From a virus: DNA of 64,000 bases. Made by a program: the position numbers and the translations under genes. The stretch is taken from the IMG/VR virus record IMGVR_UViG_3300042542_003555, positions 64,001 to 128,000 of that record; one strand, given 5' to 3'. Below, one piece after another: positions 51,176 through 62,217 of this stretch (its first letter is position 1; every line of letters begins with the position of its first letter). Under the pieces are notes generated by a model. The model made no database searches, was not told the origin of the DNA, and was given only the letters and a program-made list of their open reading frames with translations.

Positions 51176-51446
51176 AATGTAAATCTCTAATGAATGAGAC
51201 TACATTATAGCAATGAACAAACAAATTGTCAACTACTATTTTGTTTCAATATTTGAAACGTCTAAATTCTTCATCCTCTCCATGGCGATTCTCATATTCC
51301 CATTGTTTTAACTTTTTCTTAACTTCGCCATGTTCTTTGAATTTTCTTTTCTTTTTTGAAGATTTCGTAAATTCATAATCATCACCGTAATCATCATTTT
51401 TACGGAATTTACCAGCAAATTTACTCATTTGGTTTTCTAGACTCCA

Positions 51447-51824
51447 TTATTTCATTAGTAGGAACTTGATGCCTTTCATTTTACCTTCAGGCGAGGTTTC
51501 TTTATCTCCATTTCTGGAAATAAAAAATATATCGGAGTGAGGATAGCACATTTGTACTATTTTGAGAAGTTGACATGCGGTACCGTCAGTATCATTATAC
51601 ATAAAAACTTCATCAACGTATTTGATACTTCTGACGATATCCGATCTTGAGTTGTAGTTTTGAACAAAACCTTTTTCATACTTTGTTAGGTAAATATCGG
51701 AGTGTACACCGACAATTAGCCAATCACCTTTTTTTCTAGCCTTTTTGAGAAATTCAATATCTGATAATTCTATAGGATCAAAAGTGCCAATCGTTACAAT
51801 TATTTTTTCTTTTCTTGTTTTCAT
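51447..51824 (-). CDS. Cytidylyltransferase-like protein with degenerate HxGH
   Basis: GTFDPIELSD, GDWLIVGVHSD, R..IV.SIKYVDEV. Confidence 0.75.
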   Translation of the reverse strand: MKTRKEKIIVTIGTFDPIELSDIEFLKKARKKGDWLIVGVHSDIYLTKYEKGFVQNYNSRSDIVRSIKYVDEVFMYNDTDGTACQLLKIVQMCYPHSDIFFISRNGDKETSPEGKMKGIKFLLMK

Positions 51825-52243
51825 GGTAACATGTTGGGAAAACACTCCTTGACAAAATTATATGTCAATCCTTTTACACCTAAATCTTTCTTAAATATTC
51901 CAATAATCACTTCTGCTTCTCTTGGTTCTAAAGATTCTAAAAGTTGAATTAGAAGTTCATTCTTTCTCTGTTCTGTTAAATTTTGAGAAGTAGGATGTCC
52001 TTCTTGAAACAAATAAATTCTTCTTAGTTCTGTTCCTAGATGAGCAAAAGAAACACCAGGTAAGGTATCAGGAATTTTATAATTATCAGGAATTTCTTTC
52101 ACAGTCCATTTGTAATTTGGATGAAAGGTGTATTCCAAAACTTTAACAAGGGTTGGAGAAAGATTGTTTTGTATTACGAGTTTTCTATCTGCCTTTGTCT
52201 TTACTTCTTCAAATTCATCCAATATTTCATAAATGTTTCTCAT
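51821..52243 (-). CDS. Conserved T4-like hypothetical protein beside rnh
   Basis: IYEIL, IQLLESL...EA. Confidence 0.7.
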   Translation of the reverse strand: MRNIYEILDEFEEVKTKADRKLVIQNNLSPTLVKVLEYTFHPNYKWTVKEIPDNYKIPDTLPGVSFAHLGTELRRIYLFQEGHPTSQNLTEQRKNELLIQLLESLEPREAEVIIGIFKKDLGVKGLTYNFVKECFPNMLP

Positions 52244-53100
52244 TAAAATTCCTCAATAACGTCCATCAGGTTCTTCAGTCGGTTCTCAATAAAGTAATTC
52301 AACAACTTACTTCTAGGAGCAGGTTTTGTTTCTTCATAAGTATTTATGATTTTCTCCTTTATATCACCTGGTATTAAAGACAGGTCAATTAGGAGTTGAT
52401 TACGGGTAAAGCCAGTATTTGCTATAGATTCATAGTTACTGTAATGCTCAGATAGAAATTTATCTAGTTTTCCTTTTGTAATAGGAGTCTGACGTTTATC
52501 TAGAACAAAACAATCTGAAGAAGATAAGATATTTGGTATACCATCACCTTTGTCACCTTTGATGATTTTTTCTTTCAGGTCTTTTTGTGGATTCTCTGAA
52601 ATGACAAACTTCTTCAAAGCAGGATTATATTGCTTTACACTAAATTCACTTCTACTGTTATATGCTTGAAGTTGTAAGAAATCACCATCACTGGAAAGAA
52701 TCAAGATATTTTCGTGCATGATATGACGAGGAACTAATGTGCCTATAATATCATCAGCTTCGGCCCCTTCAACATCAATTACTTTGTATGGAAAATTTTC
52801 CTTGAGTTCGCTTTTTAGTTTGGCGAGAATATCAAAGATTAGGTGCCAATCAAGATCAGATTTCTCTCTGGCTTTTTTGCGGCCTGCTTTGTAGAAAGGA
52901 AATACAGATTTACGCCAATAGTTACGATTGTCGCAACACAGCACAATTTCACCATATTCACGAAATTTATTGGTGTGGGTGCGAATGACATTGAGCACCA
53001 TATGGCGAACTAGTCCTTCTTCCAGTTTCACATTTTTTTGGGATGCAATCTGAGCCATGATGCCAGAAAGCAGGACTTGATTTAGGTCAATTAATATCAT
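52243..53100 (-). CDS. rnh: T4-type RNase H (5'-3' exonuclease)
   Basis: YWR...FP.YKA.R, EADDIIG, SSDGDFLQL, GDKGDGIPN, RNQ.LIDL. Confidence 0.95.
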   Translation of the reverse strand: MILIDLNQVLLSGIMAQIASQKNVKLEEGLVRHMVLNVIRTHTNKFREYGEIVLCCDNRNYWRKSVFPFYKAGRKKAREKSDLDWHLIFDILAKLKSELKENFPYKVIDVEGAEADDIIGTLVPRHIMHENILILSSDGDFLQLQAYNSRSEFSVKQYNPALKKFVISENPQKDLKEKIIKGDKGDGIPNILSSSDCFVLDKRQTPITKGKLDKFLSEHYSNYESIANTGFTRNQLLIDLSLIPGDIKEKIINTYEETKPAPRSKLLNYFIENRLKNLMDVIEEF

Positions 53101-53443
53101 GATAACACTCTTTGTTCAGGAAACTCTATATTACACTAGTTCATTTACTTTGTCAAATATATTTGTAACAAAGCTACCAGATGTTGTTGTTTTTTTAGCA
53201 ACGAAGCCATAAAAATCACAGGTTATCATTCTGGAAACATATTCTAGAGGTTCTATTAAAATTGCTTCAAATAAATCCGGATCTATAGGATTACCTTCAT
53301 CATCTCTTTTGAATACCATAATATGATACATATTTCCCAATTCACTCATATCAAGACTTTCACCTGGATCTCTATATTTTGCTCCTTCAACACTTACAGA
53401 ATCTTCTTCTGGTCCAGGAACAAAGAAGAAAGCATCAAAATTG

Positions 53444-53881
53444 TCATTCTTCATTTCTTTGAGAAACTCTAGCATTATAGTCCTTAATATGTGATTTTCT
53501 AACTCTTACCATTATCCAAACGTTGTAGTAATCTTCACTTTCCATCACACCACGAACGAACTGTTCCTTCGCTTCAAGATATCCACATTCACCTTTTGTT
53601 TTGCATAGATGTAGAATCTCTCTAGAAAAGTTTTCTTCTCCGTGTAGTTTAACATCATTTACAAGTTCTGTGTTGGAACCATAGTAAGTTTGCCAATCAC
53701 TTGCTACTTTCACTTTTTTCTTTTTACCTTTGACTTGTTTGGTTTTGGCAGAATAAAAAAATTTCTTACCTATGTATTTTCTTTTATTCGTGAGATTAGT
53801 AATCTCGTAAACGAATCCGTAGTTATCACCAATCAAGTCTTCCGTAAAATCAATATTATTATATGTCCAATTTAGTCCCAT
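53444..53881 (-). CDS. Small GIY-YIG-family nuclease
   Basis: GFVY.ITN....KYIGKK, SDW..YYGS, F.REIL. Confidence 0.75.
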   Translation of the reverse strand: MGLNWTYNNIDFTEDLIGDNYGFVYEITNLTNKRKYIGKKFFYSAKTKQVKGKKKKVKVASDWQTYYGSNTELVNDVKLHGEENFSREILHLCKTKGECGYLEAKEQFVRGVMESEDYYNVWIMVRVRKSHIKDYNARVSQRNEE

Positions 53882-54057
53882 TCTTCATCATCTTCAGAGT
53901 CCTCATCTTCTATATATTCTTCTTGAATTTCTTCGATGGGCTCTCCGCAAAATGGACAATGTTCTGGATATTCTTGAGACACAAATTCCTCAGTATAGTT
54001 AATTTGATAAGATGATTCGCAGTTGTGACATTCTGCTGTTATTATTTTGTCGTTCAT
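53872..54057 (-). CDS. Zinc-ribbon protein with acidic tail
   Basis: CHNC...CPFCG. Confidence 0.75.
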   Translation of the reverse strand: MNDKIITAECHNCESSYQINYTEEFVSQEYPEHCPFCGEPIEEIQEEYIEDEDSEDDEEWD

Positions 54058-54066
54058 TTTGTTTCC

Positions 54067-55053
54067 TTAGTGTGCCCATACATCCGCCCAATCTCCAGAC
54101 AAAGCACCTTTCGCATAATCAGTTGCTCTATTCTCAAAGAAGTTGGTGTGTGTTGGTGCATTAATCATTTCTTCTACCCAAGGTAGAGGATTTCTTTTTA
54201 CTTTAAAGATTCCTTTTAGTCCTAGACTAATCAATCTTCTATCTGCAATATAACGAATATATTTTTTCACTTCCTCAGCAGTCAGTCCTTCCATTTCATT
54301 TACACTAAATGCCAAGTCAATAAACTTATCTTCAAGTTCAACCATTCTTTCAGCAATAGTATAAATTCTGCTTTTCAAATCGTCGTTCCAAATTTCCTTA
54401 TTTTCTTCAACATAAGTTCTAAACAACTTAATCATAGATTCGCAATGTTGTGTCTCATCTACAATTGACCACGTTACAATCTGACCCATACCCTTCATCT
54501 TACCGGTGCGTGGGAAGTTAAGTAACATGATAAAGGAACTGAATAGTTGCATTCCTTCGGTGAAAGCAGAGAATACTGCAATATGAGTAGCAGTAGAAGT
54601 CCTATCGCCATTCTGTGAGCTAAGATTAAGAATATAATCGTGCTTCTCACGCATCTCTGCATATTCCAAGAATTCATTGTAGGTTGTCTCCGGTAATCCT
54701 AGTGTCTCAATAAGATGTGAGTATGCTGCGATGTGTAGTGCTTCTCTTGCTGCAAAACCAAGAAGCATCATTCTCACTTCAGGTTGAGCAAAGTATGGTA
54801 GATAGTTTTTAACATAACCACCAGCAACATCAATATCGCCTTGAGTGAAGAATCTAAAAATATGTGTTAGGAATTTCTTTTCTGAGTCTGTGAGTTTTTT
54901 CTTCCAATCTTTTACATCTTCTAACATTGGAACTTCTGTGTGAAGCCAGTGAGACTGCTCATGTTTCAACCATGAATCATATGCCCACGGATAGTTAAAT
55001 GGTTTAAACGATGTTCTATCTTCTGTTAAATCTGATTGTTGCTTCTTGATCAT
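54067..55053 (-). CDS. nrdB: Class I ribonucleotide reductase, beta subunit
   Basis: FFTQGD, EALH..AY, EG..LFSSF, DE..H, NFFE.R.T.Y. Confidence 0.95.
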   Translation of the reverse strand: MIKKQQSDLTEDRTSFKPFNYPWAYDSWLKHEQSHWLHTEVPMLEDVKDWKKKLTDSEKKFLTHIFRFFTQGDIDVAGGYVKNYLPYFAQPEVRMMLLGFAAREALHIAAYSHLIETLGLPETTYNEFLEYAEMREKHDYILNLSSQNGDRTSTATHIAVFSAFTEGMQLFSSFIMLLNFPRTGKMKGMGQIVTWSIVDETQHCESMIKLFRTYVEENKEIWNDDLKSRIYTIAERMVELEDKFIDLAFSVNEMEGLTAEEVKKYIRYIADRRLISLGLKGIFKVKRNPLPWVEEMINAPTHTNFFENRATDYAKGALSGDWADVWAH

Positions 55054-55070
55054 TCTTCTTCTTCTCCTGT

Positions 55071-55709
55071 TTATTCTTCATACATTACGGTATTAGTATC
55101 ACCTAATGTCCATTTTGGTTTTTGTTCTACAACATATTTCTTTGTACATACCTTAAAATCTGGAAACTTCATTTCTTTTGGATTGCTTGCTGCATCTAAA
55201 AATAAACAACGATTATTTGGTTGTGCTGCGAACTGTCCATTATCTAGTTGCATAAAGTTAAAGCTCTTATGGTCTTCTGGCCATTCTGCATAACTTGTAT
55301 CAATAATATTCAAGTCGGGTGCAGAATGGTCTACTGTAAATAGATATTCGCCCTCATAGAAGTTTTTATCTTTTGCATAAAACTTGCAAGTCAAGTTGCG
55401 TAGAAATGCTTTTTGTATGACTGCAAAATCATAACTAAAACAATCCCAGATTTGTAATGTGTCTAGAGGTAAAAACTTCTTAGGGTCAAGATTCTCTGTG
55501 CGTGATACATACGCATGTAAAGGTAATTTGTCATAAACTGCGCCATAGTTTGGTAAGTATGCCTCTATTCTAAATGCTTGACCACGAATGCTTTTGATTG
55601 ATACCCATATACACGGTTCATATTCACCATGCCCCTTTTCAAAGTCATATAAAAACTCTTTGCGTATATAACAATGAACTGGTGGTATGTTAGCTACAAG
55701 ATGTGCCAT
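55071..55709 (-). CDS. Conserved hypothetical protein between nrdA and nrdB
   Basis: L..WDCFSY, YLFT.D, EHK-like DHK, GQFAAQPNNR. Confidence 0.75.
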   Translation of the reverse strand: MAHLVANIPPVHCYIRKEFLYDFEKGHGEYEPCIWVSIKSIRGQAFRIEAYLPNYGAVYDKLPLHAYVSRTENLDPKKFLPLDTLQIWDCFSYDFAVIQKAFLRNLTCKFYAKDKNFYEGEYLFTVDHSAPDLNIIDTSYAEWPEDHKSFNFMQLDNGQFAAQPNNRCLFLDAASNPKEMKFPDFKVCTKKYVVEQKPKWTLGDTNTVMYEE

Positions 55710-55837
55710 TTTTCTTCTCTTCCTCTTTTTTACATTCAATAGGTGGCTTTTCTGGCCATACTTTTTCTTTAATGTATGTTGCACCAAACCAACCCCATGC
55801 GGAAAAGAAACCCCACATAATGATTTCGCCTATCATA

Positions 55838-56479
55838 TTATTTCTCCATTAATCTATTGACAAAATTCAACAACAGATGATGCTTATTTCCATTCCAGTG
55901 TTTTTTCATCCATGAATAACTATCATACCAATGTTTTTCTGCTTCAAGATGACATGCAATTAGTCCTATGTTATTTTGTATAATAGCCATAGGATCACCA
56001 TTCATGTATCTTGCTATCGTTTCAAATTTTGTTTCATCTCCTGTAACTGCAAATCCATCGTAAAAGTACATTCTTTCCCGCTGATGGTTCCAGTCAACTT
56101 CCAAATATTTGGCGTGTGGTCTTTTTGTGTCTGTGTTTGGTCTTTTAATATACTGCGTGGTGGTAACGTCATCAGATAGAACATCAAGATAATAGTGGTT
56201 GGCCCAATAACCACCCATACAGATTCCGAGATACTTACCACCATCTTGTACAAATCTACGGATTCTGTCGCCATTATTGGCAAAGCACATATCAAACTTA
56301 CTAGCATCACCAAAGCCGCCTGGGATGCATACAATATCAACGTCATCAAAGAAGTCATCTTCAAGTTCATGTTTAGTGAATATCTTAAACCTATAGTTCG
56401 GTGTCAATGCATTAATGATACCATTGCCTGATTGCACCGAACAATACGGCTGGTGCATAAACATTGCAATCGTTTTCAT
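55838..56479 (-). CDS. BPL_N / class I glutamine amidotransferase-like protein
   Basis: PGG, GG.YLGICMGGY, HLE. Confidence 0.8.
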   Translation of the reverse strand: MKTIAMFMHQPYCSVQSGNGIINALTPNYRFKIFTKHELEDDFFDDVDIVCIPGGFGDASKFDMCFANNGDRIRRFVQDGGKYLGICMGGYWANHYYLDVLSDDVTTTQYIKRPNTDTKRPHAKYLEVDWNHQRERMYFYDGFAVTGDETKFETIARYMNGDPMAIIQNNIGLIACHLEAEKHWYDSYSWMKKHWNGNKHHLLLNFVNRLMEK

Positions 56480-58263
56480 TAACCCTCACATGCAATACAA
56501 TCATTTCCTTGTGCAATTTGTGTCATATCAAGTTCTTTAATTACTTGGCGTTCAATTCTCTTTGATACTTTATCTGCTTTACCGATCTTTTCACTTCTGC
56601 AATAGTACAGCGACTTCAAACCTTTCTTCCACGCCATGAAATGAATAGCATGTATGTATTTGATATTTGCATCAGGTCTAAAGAATAGATTCAAAGACTG
56701 TGCTTGATCAATATATTGTTGTCTATCTGCTGCTAGGTCAATTACCCAACGCTGATCAATTTCCATTGATGTTTTAAATACAGCCTTTTCATTTTCATCA
56801 AGAATGTCTAGGTGTTGTACTGAACCATCGTTTGCAATAATACTAGACCAAATATCATTATACTCTTGTTCATCGGGTACTTTCTTTTTGATGATTGCAT
56901 CTAGCCATCTATTCTTGTTTAAATAGGCTCCAGAAAGAGTATCTTGTCTATAGGCATTGGCACGATAAGGCTCAACAGAAGGGCTAGTATTCCCCATGAT
57001 AATAGAGCTAGAAGCATTAGGAGCAATGGCCATAAGATGACTGAAACGATATCCGGTCCCTCCAGCATCTGGCGCTTCACCACGTTCACTCCCCAATTCA
57101 AGATTCGCTTCATTTAATTTTTCTCTGATGTGTTTAAAGATTTTGTTGTTGGCGACTTTTGCCATGACACCCTCAAAAGCAATACCATTACGCTGTAGAT
57201 AAGCGTGGAAACCGAGAGCACCAATCCCAATGCTACGCTCACGGGATGCAGAATATTTTGCACGGCTGATTGTGTCAGGAGCATTATCAATAAAATACTG
57301 TAACACGTTATCAAGCATCTCAGCAACATCTCTGAGGAATAATGGTTCGTTCTTCCATTCATCATAAGTCTCCAGATTCAATGATGATAAACAACATACT
57401 GCGGTTCGTTCTTCATTGGTGGGTAACACAATTTCACTGCAAAGGTTAGATTGATGAATTTTCAATCCTTTATTTTTCAACCATTGAGGCATTTGTTTGT
57501 TACTTGTATCAATAAAGTGAATGTATGGTTCACCAGTATGCATTCTCAATTCTAGAATCATCTGCCACAAATGTCTTGCTGATACTACTTCTCTTACTTC
57601 TCCACTATGCGGATCTTTTAGTTCCCAATCATCGTTTGCTTGTGGATCTAACATGCAGTTTTCAATGATGGACATAAAGTCATCTGTGATATTGATACCG
57701 TGATGTAGATTTAAACATCTGACGTTTGGATCTCCCGTTGGCTTTCGCATCTCCAAGAACGGAATAACGTCAGGATGAGATATGTCAAGATAAGCGGCAT
57801 AAGAACCACGGCGAGTGCGGCCTTGACGATAAGCCAAAGAGCTTGAATCATAAATTTTAAGATGAGGCATAACGCCAGTAGACTTATCATCAGCAGAGCG
57901 GATGCCAAAGCCAATACCCACTCCACCTCCGAGCATACTGAGCCAATTAGTTTCTGATAAGTTGTCAACTAGTCCTTCCGCAGTATCTTCAATATAGTTG
58001 AGAAAACAAGATATAGGCATTCCACGCTTAGAACGACCAAAAGAAAGAATAGGCGTAGAATAAGATAGCCAATGTCTACTACTATATTCATACAACCTTT
58101 GAGCATGTTCTGGATTACTTCCGAAACTCTTTGATACAAATGCAAATCTGTGTTGCGGAGATTCTTCATCTTCTCGCATATATGATTCTTTAAGTCTTTT
58201 GATTCCAAGTTCATCAAATAATTTATCTCTCTCTAAGTCTATCTTGATTCCTAAATATTCCAT
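56479..58263 (-). CDS. nrdA: Class I ribonucleotide reductase, alpha subunit (no ATP cone)
   Basis: PISCF, GGGVG, SNLCSEI, AIAPNASS, DQ.QS.N, YY.R, terminal CIAC. Confidence 0.96.
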   Translation of the reverse strand: MEYLGIKIDLERDKLFDELGIKRLKESYMREDEESPQHRFAFVSKSFGSNPEHAQRLYEYSSRHWLSYSTPILSFGRSKRGMPISCFLNYIEDTAEGLVDNLSETNWLSMLGGGVGIGFGIRSADDKSTGVMPHLKIYDSSSLAYRQGRTRRGSYAAYLDISHPDVIPFLEMRKPTGDPNVRCLNLHHGINITDDFMSIIENCMLDPQANDDWELKDPHSGEVREVVSARHLWQMILELRMHTGEPYIHFIDTSNKQMPQWLKNKGLKIHQSNLCSEIVLPTNEERTAVCCLSSLNLETYDEWKNEPLFLRDVAEMLDNVLQYFIDNAPDTISRAKYSASRERSIGIGALGFHAYLQRNGIAFEGVMAKVANNKIFKHIREKLNEANLELGSERGEAPDAGGTGYRFSHLMAIAPNASSSIIMGNTSPSVEPYRANAYRQDTLSGAYLNKNRWLDAIIKKKVPDEQEYNDIWSSIIANDGSVQHLDILDENEKAVFKTSMEIDQRWVIDLAADRQQYIDQAQSLNLFFRPDANIKYIHAIHFMAWKKGLKSLYYCRSEKIGKADKVSKRIERQVIKELDMTQIAQGNDCIACEG

Positions 58264-58276
58264 TTCTTCTGCCTTA

Positions 58277-58921
58277 TTATTGTTGTACGAATTCTTCTAT
58301 CATCGGGAAAATAGGTTCAATAGCCTTTGCACATGCTATAGCAATTTCTTGATGTTCTTTTTGTGTACCATTTGCACTCCTGAGTTGTATATAGTGTACC
58401 CAAGAACGTAAAGTTCCGTTCATATACAGGCGAGAAGGGGTCATACCCTCAGGTAATACTACTCTCGCTTGTTCTTTAGCAATCCCGTTTTTTATTGCCC
58501 AATCGTAGACCTGTTGTACTTTAAATGCTACTGCTGCTTGGTGTTCTTGCCATCTTTCTTTAGTATATTCATCATCAGTTTCAATACTCTTTTGGCGATT
58601 TTTATAATCCTGTAGTCTTGCTTCACGGTATTCAAATTCATTTTCCACAACCGCATAACGTTGACTAAATTCTTGAAAAGAGAATGACCTATGGCGTAAT
58701 ATTTGCCTGGCTATGTCTCTTGTGGTATTGATTTCTAAACATACATTGACCATTTCAAGTGGTGACCAATGTTGATGTTTAATTAGGTAACGAACCAGCT
58801 TTTCTGCTGTATCGTTATTATCTTGGTTTGCTGGATTAGAAACTCTAGCAACAAAGGCTACTTGTTCCAAGAGGTTTCTTCCATCAGTTCCTTGAGAGTG
58901 AGACACTAGTTTTACATTCAT
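58277..58921 (-). CDS. thyX: Flavin-dependent thymidylate synthase
   Basis: HWSPLE, RHRSFSFQEFSQRY, LRSW.HY..LR, TQ.EH. Confidence 0.96.
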   Translation of the reverse strand: MNVKLVSHSQGTDGRNLLEQVAFVARVSNPANQDNNDTAEKLVRYLIKHQHWSPLEMVNVCLEINTTRDIARQILRHRSFSFQEFSQRYAVVENEFEYREARLQDYKNRQKSIETDDEYTKERWQEHQAAVAFKVQQVYDWAIKNGIAKEQARVVLPEGMTPSRLYMNGTLRSWVHYIQLRSANGTQKEHQEIAIACAKAIEPIFPMIEEFVQQ

Positions 58922-58936
58922 TATAAAATCTCCATA

Positions 58937-59974
58937 CTAAACTTTTTTCCATTTGGAAAACTCAAGATTAGCTCTCAAATTACTGAAAGTAAATTTATCT
59001 ATAATATCCAATATTTCATCAGGCGAAATTCCTGCTAAAATCATGTCATTTATATCTTTTTGCTTGATGTTTTCCGGCAGTAATGTTACATTATATCCAG
59101 AAGCAATTGCTTTGCCGATTTGCTTTACAATATCTTTGTTTCTTGGTTCATTATCATACACTAAAACAAAATCAGTTAGCTCTAACTTCGCTGCTCTTGT
59201 TAGGTCCGCATCAGCAGTTGCAATTGCGTTTGGTAAAAACATTGAATCAATTGGTCCTTCAACAACATAAACTTTTTTATTTCTATTTAATTTATTCAAC
59301 CCATAAAACTTCATGTGTCCTTGAAGTAATTCATTCTCCACCAAGGTGATTGTGATGTAACGGATCTTTGATTCCGATAGCGCCCTACCCTGTATGGCAA
59401 AGAGTTCATTATTTTCGTCGTAGAACGGTATGATAAGCCTAGGGTCTTCCGATTTAAGATTTTCCTTTTCAACACCGAGAGATTGTACCAACATCTTGAA
59501 ATCAGGCGCAAAGAATAATTCCGAGAAATATTTCTCAGGAATCTTCCTCGCTTTAACATATGCTTTCGCATAATGCGATTCTGGTAAGGACTCAATTGTA
59601 TCCAACTCGATCTTCTTTTGCGTTGCCTTTTCATTGAACGCAGGTTGACTCTTGAATTCCTCAAAGGTTGGTTTCGGATAATTATGATTCCCGGTCTCCC
59701 CGTTAGTGAACCTTTCATAGGTATACTCTTTCAGTAAGGATGGATCTACAAACTTTAGAAAATTGTAAAAGGTATGACTGGCACCACAATTATGGCACCT
59801 GAAAAAGTAGTCATTACTTTTCTTGTAAACAAAACCTCTGGCTTTGGATTTATTCTTTTGTGAATCGCCACAAATAGGACACCTAAAGTTATACAGGTCT
59901 TGCTTTTTTTGAGCAAAACGTTCTAACTTTGGTGAAACTAGGTGTAGGAATTTTCTGTCAATATAGATGCTCAT
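58937..59974 (-). CDS. gp61: DNA primase gp61
   Basis: NFRCPICGDS, CHNC, QGR, EGPIDS, DNEPRN, KDINDM. Confidence 0.96.
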   Translation of the reverse strand: MSIYIDRKFLHLVSPKLERFAQKKQDLYNFRCPICGDSQKNKSKARGFVYKKSNDYFFRCHNCGASHTFYNFLKFVDPSLLKEYTYERFTNGETGNHNYPKPTFEEFKSQPAFNEKATQKKIELDTIESLPESHYAKAYVKARKIPEKYFSELFFAPDFKMLVQSLGVEKENLKSEDPRLIIPFYDENNELFAIQGRALSESKIRYITITLVENELLQGHMKFYGLNKLNRNKKVYVVEGPIDSMFLPNAIATADADLTRAAKLELTDFVLVYDNEPRNKDIVKQIGKAIASGYNVTLLPENIKQKDINDMILAGISPDEILDIIDKFTFSNLRANLEFSKWKKV

Positions 59975-60020
59975 GTTGTAATGATATCACAAATTTGACA
60001 GATTGTAAAGTGGTAAAAAG

Positions 60021-61590
60021 TTATTTACCGATAAGACTGGAAAAAGTTTCTAAATTAATATTTGATATTAACCAAGATATGGCAATAACACCACCAACTA
60101 CCATCCACTTCCATTGCAGAAGTTTATCTAAAGATTCTTTTTCTTTGGAATTATGATCCTGCATATCTTTACGCATGGCTTTCAATTCATCCATGAGTCT
60201 CAACTCAGAATCTTGCAGCTTATCAAGAACCGTGTCTATTCTAACATGGATTTCTTTGATATCTGTCTCTGTTTCTAATCTTCTATTGTCCATGTCTGTA
60301 TATATTTTAGCAATATGTCTGTCGTGCTGATCGACCAGTTTCTCCATCACCTTATCCATTTTGTCGCAAAGAGTACATAGGGTGCTGACTTGTTGTTTCA
60401 GCACCCCTACGTCAATTTGCAGATTCACTACTTCTTTATCGTCAGACATTTCTATTTCTTTACTTTTTTTCTGGAATTTTTGTACCATCTAATTTCTTAT
60501 GTACTTTAATTGTTTTACATACTTCTTTTTCTTTTTTAGTTTTGTTATCATATTCTTTGACACATACTTTTTTTTCTTCTGCGGCATACACTGATGTTAC
60601 AAGAAATAATGCAATTGCTAAGGCAAATATGTAGTTCATTTTTCTTCCTTTTTAGTAAATTTTTCAGATGCAGTAAATCCTAATCCTGCGATAACAATAT
60701 ACATCATTGAATCAAAGGCTTCTTTTGATACATGATATTCGGTAAATAGCTCTGTCATAAAAGCAACAGAACACATTAAAAATGCTGCTAAAGTAATAAA
60801 GCGTTTGCTGCTGACAGTCTTATTAGTTCCATCAGCAAGCAAACTATTAAACCACATTCTCATTTACTTCTCCGGATGAGGAGGTTGTTCTGGTGCTTCT
60901 TTACCCCCAAACCCAGAAACTACTTCAGCCTTTACTGGCATAATACCACCACTCATCATGCCTGAAGGTGCTGATACAACTGGTGCTGGTGGTGGAACGT
61001 CATGCATGACTTTTTTGGTTGCTTCAAAGTTATCATTGGCCATCTTTTGTGCCTGAAGCATTGCCTCTTTATCTTCTTTAGATGTTCCTGCTAACATGAT
61101 ACCTGATAGAGTACCCGTTAAGAATGTAGCAATGGGAACAATCAACTCAAAGAACTTTTGGTCAATTGGAGAAATTGCATTGAGAGGTTGCGTTACAAAA
61201 ATAAGAGAATATAACACAACAAAGACGATTCCAGTTAATGTTAATGCTAAACATATGCCAATAAAAAACTTCAATCTAGACATCAACTGTTCATCTGTAT
61301 ATAGGAATGGTTGATTATTTTCCACAGTTTGCTCCTTGTGAAACAGGCGGTGTATTAATTGTTTGAGTTGGTTCATCTTTTGGAGGTCCTAATCTAGGGT
61401 CACGTTGTCCTTTAAATACATGTTCTGGACAAGTTCTTGTCACATCACATATAGGTGCTTTGCAAATATCCTTATCCCAATTAGCAGGATCCTGACAAGG
61501 ATATCTGAATCTATCTCCACTACACATTGCCATACCTATCGGCAGCAATAACAACACAAGCATAAACTTTGCTAGTTTTGCATCTGTCAT
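60021..61590 (-). CDS. Five membrane/secreted proteins after the endolysin (60021-60449, 60460-60639, 60636-60863, 60864-61325, 61315-61590); holin/antiholin candidates
   Basis: TM segments or signal peptides in each; co-oriented with the lysis genes. Confidence 0.6.
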
Positions 61591-61591
61591 C

Positions 61592-62206
61592 TTATGCTCC
61601 TAATACGTGCAATGCATGTTCGTAGTGTTTTATTCTATCATCGAGTCCTATTGTTCCACCATTGATTCTCTTTGTCATGGTAACAATATCACCACTATCT
61701 GCGTATTGATTTAGTTTGTTTGTTTCCCAGAACCAACATGCTGATTGTGCAGCACCTTCAAACGTTTGAGTATACTCTGCTGCTTCTTCTGGAGAGATTT
61801 CTAGTGATGCAGCAAACCAAGTATAGTTTGTTTTGCCTGTCAGTTGAATTAATCCACGACCACGATATTTCCATCCGTCACCAGATGCTTCGTTACCGTT
61901 ACCCATACGGTCTGCGTAGACACGATTCGCAATCTTTTGTGGATTTCTTTCGTATGCTTTTGCTGTGGCCATATCTGGAAAATATTTTTTGAAAGTCTTC
62001 ATCAAACTTTCTGCTCTGTAGTTCAGGTTTTCTGTAAGAAAGATGAACCCACCAGATTCGTGGGCACATTGAGCCATGAATGCTGCAATACGTTTTGGTG
62101 TGTTTATTTCATAGTCAGGAAATAGTTGACTTAGTGCTTTATGCCACTGATTAATATATGGATTTTTTGGAAGCAGTTGTTTTAATTGTTCTTTTGTTAG
62201 TTCCAT
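61592..62206 (-). CDS. GH19 endolysin
   Basis: AQCAHES, ENLNY, DGW.YRGRGLIQLTG..NY, TKRINGG..GL.DR. Confidence 0.93.
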   Translation of the reverse strand: MELTKEQLKQLLPKNPYINQWHKALSQLFPDYEINTPKRIAAFMAQCAHESGGFIFLTENLNYRAESLMKTFKKYFPDMATAKAYERNPQKIANRVYADRMGNGNEASGDGWKYRGRGLIQLTGKTNYTWFAASLEISPEEAAEYTQTFEGAAQSACWFWETNKLNQYADSGDIVTMTKRINGGTIGLDDRIKHYEHALHVLGA

Positions 62207-62217
62207 TTAATTTCACC

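Noticed and set aside
54067-59974. Introns or inteins in nrdB, nrdA, thyX or primase
   Set aside because: All are continuous, of normal length, and show no splicing motifs.
61592-62206. Chitinase as a metabolic gene
   Set aside because: GH19 beside spanins and membrane proteins is an endolysin.
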